32,000 nucleotides of DNA, taken from Coprobacillaceae bacterium. GTDB lineage: Bacteria; Bacillota_I; Bacilli_A; Erysipelotrichales; Coprobacillaceae. The notes under the pieces were generated by a model, which worked only from the letters and a program-made list of their open reading frames with translations, had not been told where the DNA came from and searched no databases. Positions 20,601 to 28,884 of the stretch are shown here, in pieces. Within the stretch, counting starts at the first letter, position 1; the number at the start of each line of letters is the position of its first letter. The stretch lies in contig OY780959.1 in NCBI GenBank assembly GCA_963675915.1, forward strand, positions 2,340,001 through 2,372,000. The letters are read 5' to 3'. The position numbers and the translations under genes are program-made.

Positions 20601-20629
20601 GCGAATTCAATCATTGAGTTCGCTTTTTT
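20601..20629 (+). terminator. Rho-independent terminator after the permease gene
   Basis: GCGAATTC / GAGTTCGC stem (1 mismatch) followed by TTTTTT. Confidence 0.7.
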
Positions 20630-20766
20630 CTTGAGCAAGATAAATCAATAAAATGAAAAAACTCAACATCAGCTATTGACCTAAAGCCAAGTTTAACCTG
20701 TATTATCTATATTAGATAACATCAATGGTCAAAAAAGAAAGTCCATTGCAAGAAAAGGAGATTACT

Positions 20767-21123
20767 ATGCCTACAAAAATTGTATTGAAAGCAAATGATA
20801 TTACGATACCGGCGACGTTGAATGATACTGTTGCCGCTCAAGATTTTAAAACCCGTTTGCCGTTTAAAGTTTCTGGATTCAGATCACCGGTTGATTACTG
20901 TTGCACAGCAAAAAGCGGGAAATTCGATCCCCAAGAAACCCAAGCCGGATGGACCAATGGGGATATCAGCCTGGCCGGCGGATGGTTCGCGGTATTGTTC
21001 GATGGGGAAGAAAGTTCAAAAAGCTATGACGGAATGATGATTATCGCTCATATCGATGAGGACAATCTCGATTTGGTTAAAGAATTACCTTCAAAAGTTG
21101 AATTTACTGTCGAAGTAGCGTAA
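20767..21123 (+). CDS. Cyclophilin-like-fold protein, cytoplasmic paralogue 1 (function unknown)
   Basis: Track ORF trimmed to ATG 20767 after AAAAGGAG. Motifs LNDTVAAQDF..LPF and GWTNGDISLAGGWFAVLFDGEE are shared with the 21717 gene. Confidence 0.65.
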   Translation: MPTKIVLKANDITIPATLNDTVAAQDFKTRLPFKVSGFRSPVDYCCTAKSGKFDPQETQAGWTNGDISLAGGWFAVLFDGEESSKSYDGMMIIAHIDEDNLDLVKELPSKVEFTVEVA

Positions 21124-21149
21124 CAAATCGAACTGGAAGGAGGCATTCG

Positions 21150-21668
21150 ATGAAGATATTGATATTAAACGGAAGTCCGCGTCCAAACGGAAACACAGTG
21201 GCAATGATTGAAGCCTTTACGGCCGGTTTGAATCCAAAATCACATCAGGTTACGGTCATGGATATTCCCAAAATGGATATTGCCGGGTGCATAGCCTGTG
21301 AATATTGCCATGGCAAGGGTGAGGGCAAGTGCATCCAAAAAGATGATATGGAGCCGGTTTACATCGCTTTGAAAGAGGCTGAAATGATAGTGATTGCTTC
21401 GCCGATATATTATTTTAGTTTCACTGGACAATTGCACAATGCAATTAACCGGATGTATGCTTTGGGAATTCCGAAGAAGTTGGAAAAATCGATGTTGATT
21501 CTAAGTTCCGGCAGTGATGACGTTTACGAAGCAGCGATTTACGAGTACCAAAAAACCTACACTGAATATATGAAACTTGAGGATTTGGGAATCTTCAAAG
21601 CTTATGGTGAAAAAAATAAATCGCCTGAAATTCTCAATCAGTTACGGGAATTCGGGAAGAGTCTCTAA
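21150..21668 (+). CDS. Flavodoxin-like NAD(P)H-dependent FMN reductase with a compact Cys motif (iron-sulfur flavoprotein, Isf-like)
   Basis: MKILILNGSPRPNGNT. CIACEYCHGKGEGKC gives CX2CX2CX7C. IASPIYYFSFTGQL. GGAGG SD. Confidence 0.75.
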   Translation: MKILILNGSPRPNGNTVAMIEAFTAGLNPKSHQVTVMDIPKMDIAGCIACEYCHGKGEGKCIQKDDMEPVYIALKEAEMIVIASPIYYFSFTGQLHNAINRMYALGIPKKLEKSMLILSSGSDDVYEAAIYEYQKTYTEYMKLEDLGIFKAYGEKNKSPEILNQLREFGKSL

Positions 21669-21716
21669 GCTGGAGATAAGATTAAATGAGATTGGTTTTG
21701 AAAGGAGATGATCAAA

Positions 21717-22235
21717 GTGAATTTGACAAAACATCTGAGAGTAATTTCGATTTTTGTTTTGATGTTGCTGCTGGTTTCGGGTTGTTCAACCGGATCAAAA
21801 GAAGCCGATCAAGAAAATTTGGATAACACGGCAGAAACAACTGCGGATGAACCCAACGAAGATGTCGGGAATTTGACTACGCCGATAATCATGGATATGA
21901 ACGGGATTGAAGTCAAGGCTCATCTTAACGAGACCCTGACCGCCCAAGAGTTCATTGCTTTATTGCCTTATTCGGTGACGGTGTCCCGGGCAAGCGACGA
22001 CTTGTGTGGAACTGTCACAGAAGATTTGCAATCTGATCCACAAGAGGGTAAACATGGTTGGGAAATTGGAGAAATCGGCTGGTTTGGTGGTTGGTTTACA
22101 ATCTTAGTCGATCATGAAGAGAATTTCGCTGATATGGATGGAGTCATGGTGATTGGTAAAGTCGATGACGAATATTTGGACATCATTGCTGATTTCAGAG
22201 GCCAAGTTGACATCACTGTCACTTTGGATCAGTGA
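21717..22235 (+). CDS. Lipoprotein carrying a cyclophilin-like-fold domain, paralogue 2 (function unknown)
   Basis: A GTG start at 21717 lies 9 nt after AAAGGAG; the track ATG at 21708 abuts the SD. Signal peptide plus lipobox LVSG|C, then an acidic linker. LNETLTAQEF..LPY and GWEIGEIGWFGGWFTILVDHEE. Confidence 0.65.
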   Translation: MNLTKHLRVISIFVLMLLLVSGCSTGSKEADQENLDNTAETTADEPNEDVGNLTTPIIMDMNGIEVKAHLNETLTAQEFIALLPYSVTVSRASDDLCGTVTEDLQSDPQEGKHGWEIGEIGWFGGWFTILVDHEENFADMDGVMVIGKVDDEYLDIIADFRGQVDITVTLDQ

Positions 22236-22280
22236 GCGCGCAATTAATAAATCTAGTAAATAACAAAGGGAGAAACACAT

Positions 22281-22622
22281 ATGCAGCTTAAAGTTACTGG
22301 AAACGGAAAAACAATTATTTTCAATTTAAATAACAGCGAAGCAGCCAAAACGCTTTGCGCCCAATTGCCACTGACAATCAAGGTAGAAAATTTTGGCAAC
22401 AATGAGAAGATTTTTTACCCACCTAGTAAACTTAGCACCAAAAAAACTTCGCTGGCAACTGCTAAAGCGGGAACATTGGCGTACTATGCGCCTTGGGGCA
22501 ATGTGGTCATGTTCTACAAGCGATTTGGCTCAGCGGCAGGTCTGTACGAACTGGGACAGGCAGTCAGTGGTGAGCAAGACATCTCTGGTCTATCAGGAAC
22601 GATTACTGTTGAAGCCTTATAA
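22281..22622 (+). CDS. Cyclophilin-like-fold protein, TM1367-like paralogue 3 (function unknown)
   Basis: Motifs LNNSEAAKTLCAQLPLT and GTLAYYAPWGNVVMFY. 113 aa. AAAGGGAG SD. Confidence 0.6.
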   Translation: MQLKVTGNGKTIIFNLNNSEAAKTLCAQLPLTIKVENFGNNEKIFYPPSKLSTKKTSLATAKAGTLAYYAPWGNVVMFYKRFGSAAGLYELGQAVSGEQDISGLSGTITVEAL

Positions 22623-22732
22623 AATGGCAATTGATTTCCTGATTGTGAAAACCTGCCATTATATTGATATTTTGGATGTATGATGTTGTTATGCGATTTG
22701 CACAGGGATAATATCATAAGGGGGCAAAATTA

Positions 22733-23029
22733 ATGGAGTTAGTTCTAGTGAGTGGTCAGTACCGAAAATTAATCAAGCGGCTGGAAAACCTGAAAAGTTC
22801 AGTTGATGGGGTGGAAATTTCCAAGGTTTCCCCGCCATATGTGTATTTTGAGGTTGAAACTGACAAAGGAACAAATGAGACAATCTGGGAAATTAAAAAG
22901 GAAATCCGTCAGGAAAAAATAACTCAGGGCTGGGTGTACGAGCTCTATGGAATCTATAAGGGAAGGATAGACTATCTATCATACATGTCCGAAGAAGCAA
23001 AACTGCAATATAAATATTATAAAAAATAA
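22733..23029 (+). CDS. Hypothetical 98-aa protein, no recognisable family
   Basis: ORF with AAGGGGG SD. Lys/Tyr-rich C-terminus. Confidence 0.5.
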   Translation: MELVLVSGQYRKLIKRLENLKSSVDGVEISKVSPPYVYFEVETDKGTNETIWEIKKEIRQEKITQGWVYELYGIYKGRIDYLSYMSEEAKLQYKYYKK

Positions 23030-23136
23030 TCCTGGTTATTTTTCAGGATTAGTGTACAATCAAATAATATTGTTCAAGGAATAGTACTGGTAATTATATG
23101 ATATTGCCAGTACTATTAGCATGTAGACAAAAACCT

Positions 23137-23145
23137 TGGTATAAT
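23137..23145 (+). promoter_or_regulatory. Extended -10 element (TGgTATAAT) for the methyltransferase gene
   Basis: TG-N-TATAAT lies 24 nt upstream of GTG 23169. It is preceded by an 11-bp perfect inverted repeat (23080-23090 / 23107-23117). Confidence 0.5.
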
Positions 23146-23168
23146 TTATTTGAAAGTGAGGAATCTTC

Positions 23169-24326
23169 GTGAAATATAATTGTGATGTGTTTAAGAATTG
23201 CGGCAGTTGCCAGTACATGGGAATTGATTATAATAAGCAATTGGAAAAGAAAACCGAATATGTGAAGAAGTTGATCAAAGATGCCAAGTTAAGCAATATC
23301 AAAGTTGCTGACTGTCATCCATCAAAGAATATCATCGGATACCGTAATAAAGTGATTGTGGCATTTGACAACAATTACAACTATGGCTTGTATGAAGAGG
23401 GGAGTCATCGGATCGTCCCATATAAAAGGTGCTTAATCCATGACGAGATATCCGATGAGATAATCCGTTATCTTCAAACCCAGTTCAAGAAGTTCAGGGT
23501 CAGTATTTATGATGCGAAGCGCCGTAAGGGACTTTTGCGTCATGTTTTGATCCGCCGTGGGGTTGCTACTGATGAAACTATGGTAGTTTTGGTATGCAAT
23601 GGCGAGGAATTCAAAGGTTCAAAAAATCTTAGCAAGGGACTGGTTAAGAAATTCCCTTCTGTCAAAACCGTAGTACTGAATGTCAACAAGCGAGATACCT
23701 CAATCGTTCTTGGCAATAAAGACAAAGTTCTTTATGGTACAGGATTTATAATAGATAAATTATGCGGTTTGAGTTTCAAAATTTCACCGCAGTCCTTTTA
23801 TCAGATAAACCATGACCAAACCGAGGAGTTGTATGAATTTGGCTTGGGTTTGGTGAAACTTGACAGTAAGACAGTGCTATTGGATACCTATAGTGGAATC
23901 GGAACAATTGGGATGGTGGGTGCCAAAGATGTCAAAGAGGTCATCAGTGTGGAGATGAACAAGGAAGCACATCGCGACGCAATCAACAATGCCCGAGCTA
24001 ATAAAATTAACAATATCCGATTCATCAATGATGATGCGACTAAATTCATGGTCGATCAGGCCCGAACTAATCTTAAAGTGGATGTAATCATCATGGATCC
24101 TCCAAGAGCTGGTTCAACCAAGGAATTTATCCAGGCTGCCGGAAAGATGCAACCTCGGGAAATTCTATACATTTCTTGCGATCCAAAAACCCAGGTTAGG
24201 GATTTAAAGGAATTTGAAAAAATAGGTTATAAAACCGATACTATTTATCCCTTCGACATGTTTCCCCAAACAACTCACGTCGAAACGGTCTGTCGCCTTA
24301 TTAGAACGGGGACCAAAATAATATAA
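23169..24326 (+). CDS. rumA: TrmA-family 23S rRNA (uracil-C5)-methyltransferase, RumA-type without a TRAM domain
   Basis: GTG start after GTGAGGA. N-terminal Cys cluster CDVFKNCGSCQY. SAM motif DTYSGIGTIG. IIMDPPRAG. Catalytic YISCDP. Exact orthology (RlmD versus RlmCD) is not resolved. Confidence 0.85.
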   Translation: MKYNCDVFKNCGSCQYMGIDYNKQLEKKTEYVKKLIKDAKLSNIKVADCHPSKNIIGYRNKVIVAFDNNYNYGLYEEGSHRIVPYKRCLIHDEISDEIIRYLQTQFKKFRVSIYDAKRRKGLLRHVLIRRGVATDETMVVLVCNGEEFKGSKNLSKGLVKKFPSVKTVVLNVNKRDTSIVLGNKDKVLYGTGFIIDKLCGLSFKISPQSFYQINHDQTEELYEFGLGLVKLDSKTVLLDTYSGIGTIGMVGAKDVKEVISVEMNKEAHRDAINNARANKINNIRFINDDATKFMVDQARTNLKVDVIIMDPPRAGSTKEFIQAAGKMQPREILYISCDPKTQVRDLKEFEKIGYKTDTIYPFDMFPQTTHVETVCRLIRTGTKII

Positions 24327-24401
24327 TAAGAAAACGAAGTATGTTGAAAAGACCTAAGAAATTACTCTTAGGTCTTTTTTGATTAATCAAAAAACTTTAC
24401 A
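24279..24401 (+). repeat. Copy A of the rumA 3'-end/terminator repeat (att-like)
   Basis: Aligns by eye at about 80% with 26484-26528 plus 29292-29371. The identical 16-mer AGAACGGGGACCAAAA is at 24303-24318. Confidence 0.8.
24350..24381 (+). terminator. rumA terminator
   Basis: AGACCTAAGA-aattac-TCTTAGGTCT followed by TTTTT. Confidence 0.85.
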
Positions 24402-24455
24402 TCAATAACGCTATATGTTACGATTGTAACGTTATAAAATATGTTGGGGGCTATT

Positions 24456-24945
24456 ATGGGGAAGAATATATTTAGGCTGATATTTAAGATTTTTGTTTTT
24501 TTTAGTTGTAATTTTTGGGATATCAGTCATCATTATCAATTCAATTTTCTTGTTTAACCCTTTGACATATGAAGAAGATTTTATAACTTCACAAGATTGT
24601 TCGAAGTATAGGACTCCTGTTGAAGTAGTATATTACTATTGGAACGATGACGGAGGTTGGACTATAGTCAGTTCGATTGAGGAATCGGCTGAAGCAAAGT
24701 TCATAATTGCGGAACTGAAGGAATCCAAGGAAATAAAATACACATCACAAGAATATCTTCTCCCGGATAATATGAGAGGGGAAGAATACAAGGTGATTAT
24801 CAGACGTAGAAGTGGAGAAAAGGAATACACAAATTTAGCCCAATTCGATTTCTTCGAAAATGGGGATATTATCGATTTTGATGGCGTCAATTATATAAAA
24901 TCGACGCATAAGCTAAGACAATTGTTGTGGGATAGATTTTCTTAA
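24456..24945 (+). pseudogene. Membrane-anchored hypothetical protein whose reading frame is broken in a T8 tract (24496-24503)
   Basis: ATG 24456 (GGGGG SD) encodes MGKNIFRLIFKIFVF, then stops at 24555. The long ORF (24493..24945) has only a TTG start and no SD. Deleting one T fuses them into a 162-aa protein with a classic signal anchor. Confidence 0.6.
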
Positions 24946-25231
24946 TAATATTGACAAGTTTCTTTTAAGTATCACACATGTTGAGGATTGTTGTGTCTTG
25001 AGACACATATATAAGTTTGTTCGCATGTGTTCTTTTTTTGCGAGGTCAAAATTTAACTTTTATATCTAATTACCAAAAGATACAAATATTCTTGTCAAAC
25101 TTCAAATTTAAGAAATATATTTTGGAATCATGTAACATAGGAATATTTTGAAATAAGGATATCACATGATTGTAACACCAAAATAAAAGATGGTTGATAT
25201 GATAGGATGATGTAATGAGGAGGTTTAATAA

Positions 25232-26035
25232 ATGCCTGAAGAAAATGAATTAATCAAAATAGCAACACTAAATTTTAATGGTGAAACATTTTGGTCAATA
25301 AATCGTAGACCAAGACTTCCACAAAAATTTTTTGATATAATGAAAATAAAGGAGAAACTTATTGCTTTAATAGAAACCGAATTGGGCGGAATATTAGAGG
25401 GGAAAAGTTATGACATAATAGCCATTCAAGAACTAATAAATTCTTCCAAGGAAAAAGATAAAATCGAAAAAATTATAAAAAAACACGGTTACATATTGAT
25501 GACACCTGAGGTTGATTCAAATACTCATTTTACTGTTGGTTTCATTGTAAAAGATAATAAATTTAAGAAATCTATTATTAAGAAGTGTATAGGGTGTCCT
25601 GGAAATATTTTGTCAAAAAATAGAGTGGCTATTTTAGATATTATTATCAAAGACAAGGAATATTCGATTATAAATATGCATGTGAACAATCATAAAATAT
25701 GTATTCCAGCATCTGATGGCAATGTTATCCTTCTTGGTGATTTGAATGCATGTAATAACTCGCAATCTAGTGATGGGAAAGGGTGTAATAGTGAATTCCT
25801 GTCGGAAATCACCAAATCATATGATGCTATGGATATAAATAATGGTAATCAAAATAATTATACATGGAAATCTAACGGTAGAGAGAGAAAACTGGATCAT
25901 ATTTTTGTTTCAAAACAATTTAATGGATTTGAAATTAAATCAGTTGAAAAAATTGATTCTGTAAACTTTTTTTATGATAAAGAAAAGGGGTTCACGGACC
26001 ATTCAATGATTGTTATGACTTTTGCCATAACATAA
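25232..26035 (+). CDS. Endonuclease/exonuclease/phosphatase (EEP, DNase I-like fold) family protein, no signal peptide
   Basis: EEP motif series IATLNFNGE, IIAIQEL, NMHV, LLGDLNA, LDHIFVS, FTDHSMIV. GAGGAGG SD. Very AT-rich. Confidence 0.75.
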   Translation: MPEENELIKIATLNFNGETFWSINRRPRLPQKFFDIMKIKEKLIALIETELGGILEGKSYDIIAIQELINSSKEKDKIEKIIKKHGYILMTPEVDSNTHFTVGFIVKDNKFKKSIIKKCIGCPGNILSKNRVAILDIIIKDKEYSIINMHVNNHKICIPASDGNVILLGDLNACNNSQSSDGKGCNSEFLSEITKSYDAMDINNGNQNNYTWKSNGRERKLDHIFVSKQFNGFEIKSVEKIDSVNFFYDKEKGFTDHSMIVMTFAIT

Positions 26036-26380
26036 TTTACATTCGATTTTTTGGTGGTTGGTTGAAATATAGCTACAACATTGTTACTAGATATGAGGCT
26101 TTAAGTGAATTAATTTGATTTGGTGGCTTGTTATTTAAAAGTAAACTCTAAATTAGTCTTATTTTTGGTATGCATTAACTAACATTGAAGGAAGTAAAAA
26201 ACTTAAAAAAGAAATCCCAAGATAGAAATACACTATATAATTATTGCTTTTTACTTGACCATAGGCATATTCCCATCGTTCTATTGGAGCATGCATACTA
26301 TCCAGTAAATTTTGATTTTAAAGGTAAAAAATATCATGAAGAATACATGTGATATCTCGATAAATAATAACGATGAGAGC

Positions 26381-26475
26381 TTGTTAAAATGATGTTTGGC
26401 GTCACGAAACAAAAAGATAATGAAGAAGTTCGGATTATTATTACTTATGAAAAAGAATTGACCATTACATATGGT
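26381..26475 (+). repeat. Copy 1 of a ~90-nt repeat that also occurs at 31272-31365
   Basis: TTGTTAAAATGATGTTTGGCGTCACGAAA...GAAGAAGTTCGGATTATTATTACTTATGAAAAAGAATTGAC aligns with CTGTTGAATTGATGATTGGAGTCATAAAA...GAAGAAGTTCTGATTGTAATTACTTATGAAAATGAATTGAC. About 75-80% identity by eye. Confidence 0.7.
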
Positions 26476-26528
26476 TCACCCAAGTTGAAGCGGTATGTCG
26501 CCTTATCAGAACGGGGACCAAAAGAACA
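26389..26528 (+). pseudogene. Small ORF interrupted by the IS66 element; it also carries the displaced rumA 3'-end copy (26484-26528)
   Basis: Track ORF 26389..26622 reads through the IS inverted repeat. With the IS removed it ends ...SERGPKEHNKNPKYVKQT*. In the rumA frame the same DNA reads EAVCRLIRTGTKRT*. Confidence 0.55.
26521..26528. repeat. Target-site duplication AAAGAACA (left)
   Basis: Identical 8-mers directly abut both inverted repeats. Confidence 0.9.
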
Positions 26529-26592
26529 GTATGCGTCAAATAGAGCGGTGGGAGAATATTCGAGGGTAAGTGAAAAGGAATCCAGGGACAGT

Positions 26593-28377
26593 TTATTTCC
26601 GTCTTGGGATTCCTTTTTTTAGTTCTTTGATTTCCTTCGCTGTCAATTGACGCAGATATCTTGGCAGTTCTTTATTGTATGGTAGTAGTTTCCTGATTTC
26701 ATCTTCATCACTAGAATCTATTCCCGGCAGCCTTTCCAGTACGTACTCCATGTACATGTACGGTGACAGCTTGTTTTCCTGGGCGCTTAACAGTATCGAA
26801 TAGATTATCGCTGCGGCTTGCGCTCCTTTGGGGCTTGTATAGAATTTACATCGATTCCTTGATACGACAAACGGTCGTATAGCCCGTTCCGTGCTTGAAT
26901 TGTCGAATGGAACTTTCGGGTTATTAAATACCTCGCCGAATTCCTTTTCGTGGTTCATCAGATATTTGATTGCCTTAAGCAAGGTTGGTTTCATATTAAC
27001 TTCGGGCAACAGGATTATTTCTTTAAGGTACGCTAAAAACTTATCGTAGATTGGCTTTACGACATCATTTCGGCCCTTATGAATATATTGGAAATATTTA
27101 TCCTGGTTCTTTGAGTATTTTCCCTTAGCAGCCGTTTCAATCTTGTTCTTGGCTTCGAATACTTTTTTGTAATAGCGATAGCAAGTGTATTCGTAACTTT
27201 GATTTTTATCGGTGCCTTTTGGCAGTACATCCAAGGCTTCCCGGAAATAGCGAAAGGCATGAACGTGGCAAAAACAGTTGGTGACATTATCAAGCGACTC
27301 GTAAGCACCATAGGCGTCTGTTACCAGATAGTGGGAGTAATCACCGATGAAGTCTTCAACAACCCGTTTTGAACGACTAGGATCATAACGGTACAAGATA
27401 ATTGGTTCGTCATACTGATTGCTCCGTAGAACCCAAAGATATGATTTGCTTTGCGCTGGTTTGCCGTCTTCCTTTAGAACCTGGGTGGTGGTTTCATCGC
27501 AGTGGATCACTTCCATGGACAACAAGTCATTGTGCATGCACTCAAACAACAGGTTAAGATGAACCGATGCCTTGATCATCCAGTTGGCCATATTCTGTCT
27601 AGGGATGACGATGTCATTTTCAAGGAAACGTTTTTCCTGAGCAGCCAGTGGCAAACCCTTTAAATATTTCATGTCCATTATAGTTGCAATCAGTGATGGC
27701 GATGCAATGCTTCCTTTGATAACCGGTTGTCTTCCAGGAACTTTCTTGTAAGATGATTTACCTTCCAAGTTGTGTTCCTGACAAGCAACACATTCGTATA
27801 CCGGTGTACGGTAAATATTCAATTCAACTTTGGCAGGAGTATAGACAAGTTCCTTTCTTTCATCGTACTTCTTTATTTTCATGGTTGTGCCACAAAGATC
27901 ACAAATATCGAAACCATCAGGAGTTTCTTCTATAATTATATTGGTTTTGAGATGGTCATAATTGATGTGTTTTTCTTTAGGTATTCTAACTTTTCTTTTG
28001 TAACCTTTGATTTCCGTAGTTTCGAATTCTTCGGTTTCAGTAGCATTATCAAAATCAAAACCGATTAGACTAAACAGATCAGGACCTTGGTTATATTCCT
28101 TAATATTGTTGCGTTGGGAGCTGTAGCGGGCGTTTTCCAATAATTTGATGTATTCGTTTTTCTGTTGTAGTTCAAGTTTGCGTTCTTTGATTTCAGCTGC
28201 CATTTTATCAATATCGGAAGTCAATTTCTTATTATCGGCAGATAAATTCTTCTTTTCTTTAATAAGTTTTTCTTTTGAAATACGGTCGGATTCGATTTTG
28301 GCATAGAGTTCCTGTTCACGTTGTTTGAACGCTTCGATAAGTTCTTCTTTTGTCATATCTTCCATCAATTTGATCAC
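26593..28377 (-). CDS. tnpC: IS66-family transposase TnpC
   Basis: N-terminal coiled coil. Zn-finger-like CDLCG...CVACQ. Motifs HCDETTTQVL, YLWVLRS, DAYGAY, CFCHVHAFRYF and TERAIRPFVVSRNRCKFYTSPKGA. Confidence 0.93.
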   Translation of the reverse strand: MIKLMEDMTKEELIEAFKQREQELYAKIESDRISKEKLIKEKKNLSADNKKLTSDIDKMAAEIKERKLELQQKNEYIKLLENARYSSQRNNIKEYNQGPDLFSLIGFDFDNATETEEFETTEIKGYKRKVRIPKEKHINYDHLKTNIIIEETPDGFDICDLCGTTMKIKKYDERKELVYTPAKVELNIYRTPVYECVACQEHNLEGKSSYKKVPGRQPVIKGSIASPSLIATIMDMKYLKGLPLAAQEKRFLENDIVIPRQNMANWMIKASVHLNLLFECMHNDLLSMEVIHCDETTTQVLKEDGKPAQSKSYLWVLRSNQYDEPIILYRYDPSRSKRVVEDFIGDYSHYLVTDAYGAYESLDNVTNCFCHVHAFRYFREALDVLPKGTDKNQSYEYTCYRYYKKVFEAKNKIETAAKGKYSKNQDKYFQYIHKGRNDVVKPIYDKFLAYLKEIILLPEVNMKPTLLKAIKYLMNHEKEFGEVFNNPKVPFDNSSTERAIRPFVVSRNRCKFYTSPKGAQAAAIIYSILLSAQENKLSPYMYMEYVLERLPGIDSSDEDEIRKLLPYNKELPRYLRQLTAKEIKELKKGIPRRK

Positions 28378-28524
28378 TTGAATCCACCTCTTTCCACTAG
28401 TGGCATTGTAGCATAAAAAGCCCTGAAAGTCTTGATTTCACGGCAATTTATAAAAGATGTGAATAACTTCAAAAGGCATAAGATAAACCCACAAATAAAT
28501 GTGAATTAATCTTATGCGTAGGGG

Positions 28525-28884
28525 CTATATCATTACTGAAATGTCCTTGAATGCCCTTTTCTGTTCAATTGCCAATCCATCAAGCAACCAACTCAACTGA
28601 CGGATGTCAACAACCATTGAAGTGATATCTTCATCACCCTTGGGCCAGAAGAACTTATCTTTATTAAGCAGCTTCTTGGAGTGGATGACAAATCCGTTCT
28701 TGTCGAACTCCAGCATCTTGATGCTTTTCTTGGATCTGTTGCAAAAGATGTACAGGTTATTGGCGGTGGGGTCAAGATACAGGCTGTGGGATACAATCGC
28801 GCTTAACCCGGCGTAGCTTTTCCTAAGATCAGTTGCCCCAGGAACCAAATAGATATTGTCGAAGTCTTCAAACCTAAGCTTCAT
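28525..28884 (-). CDS. tnpB: IS66 Orf2-type accessory protein TnpB
   Basis: 119 aa. Motifs PGATDLRKSYAGLSAIV, LYIFCNRSKKSIKML and FFWP. Confidence 0.88.
   Translation of the reverse strand: MKLRFEDFDNIYLVPGATDLRKSYAGLSAIVSHSLYLDPTANNLYIFCNRSKKSIKMLEFDKNGFVIHSKKLLNKDKFFWPKGDEDITSMVVDIRQLSWLLDGLAIEQKRAFKDISVMI

Noticed and set aside
20676-20706. TTGACC, a 19-nt spacer and TATTAT upstream of the cyclophilin-like cluster, as a possible MerR-type promoter.
   Set aside because: There is no convincing dyad symmetry in the spacer and no MerR-family gene in the window. The spacing alone is insufficient.
26159-26296. A 45-aa hydrophobic minus-strand ORF (MHAPIERWEYAYGQVKSNNYIVYFYLGISFLSFLLPSMLVNAYQK) as a possible small toxin or immunity peptide.
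   Set aside because: It has no Shine-Dalgarno sequence and is short enough to arise by chance in AT-rich DNA. It is mentioned only as a candidate in the EEP finding.
26389-26622. The 77-aa ORF read as an intact gene.
   Set aside because: Its last 31 codons are read from the IS66 inverted repeat and the adjacent IS sequence. It is a chimera created by the insertion.
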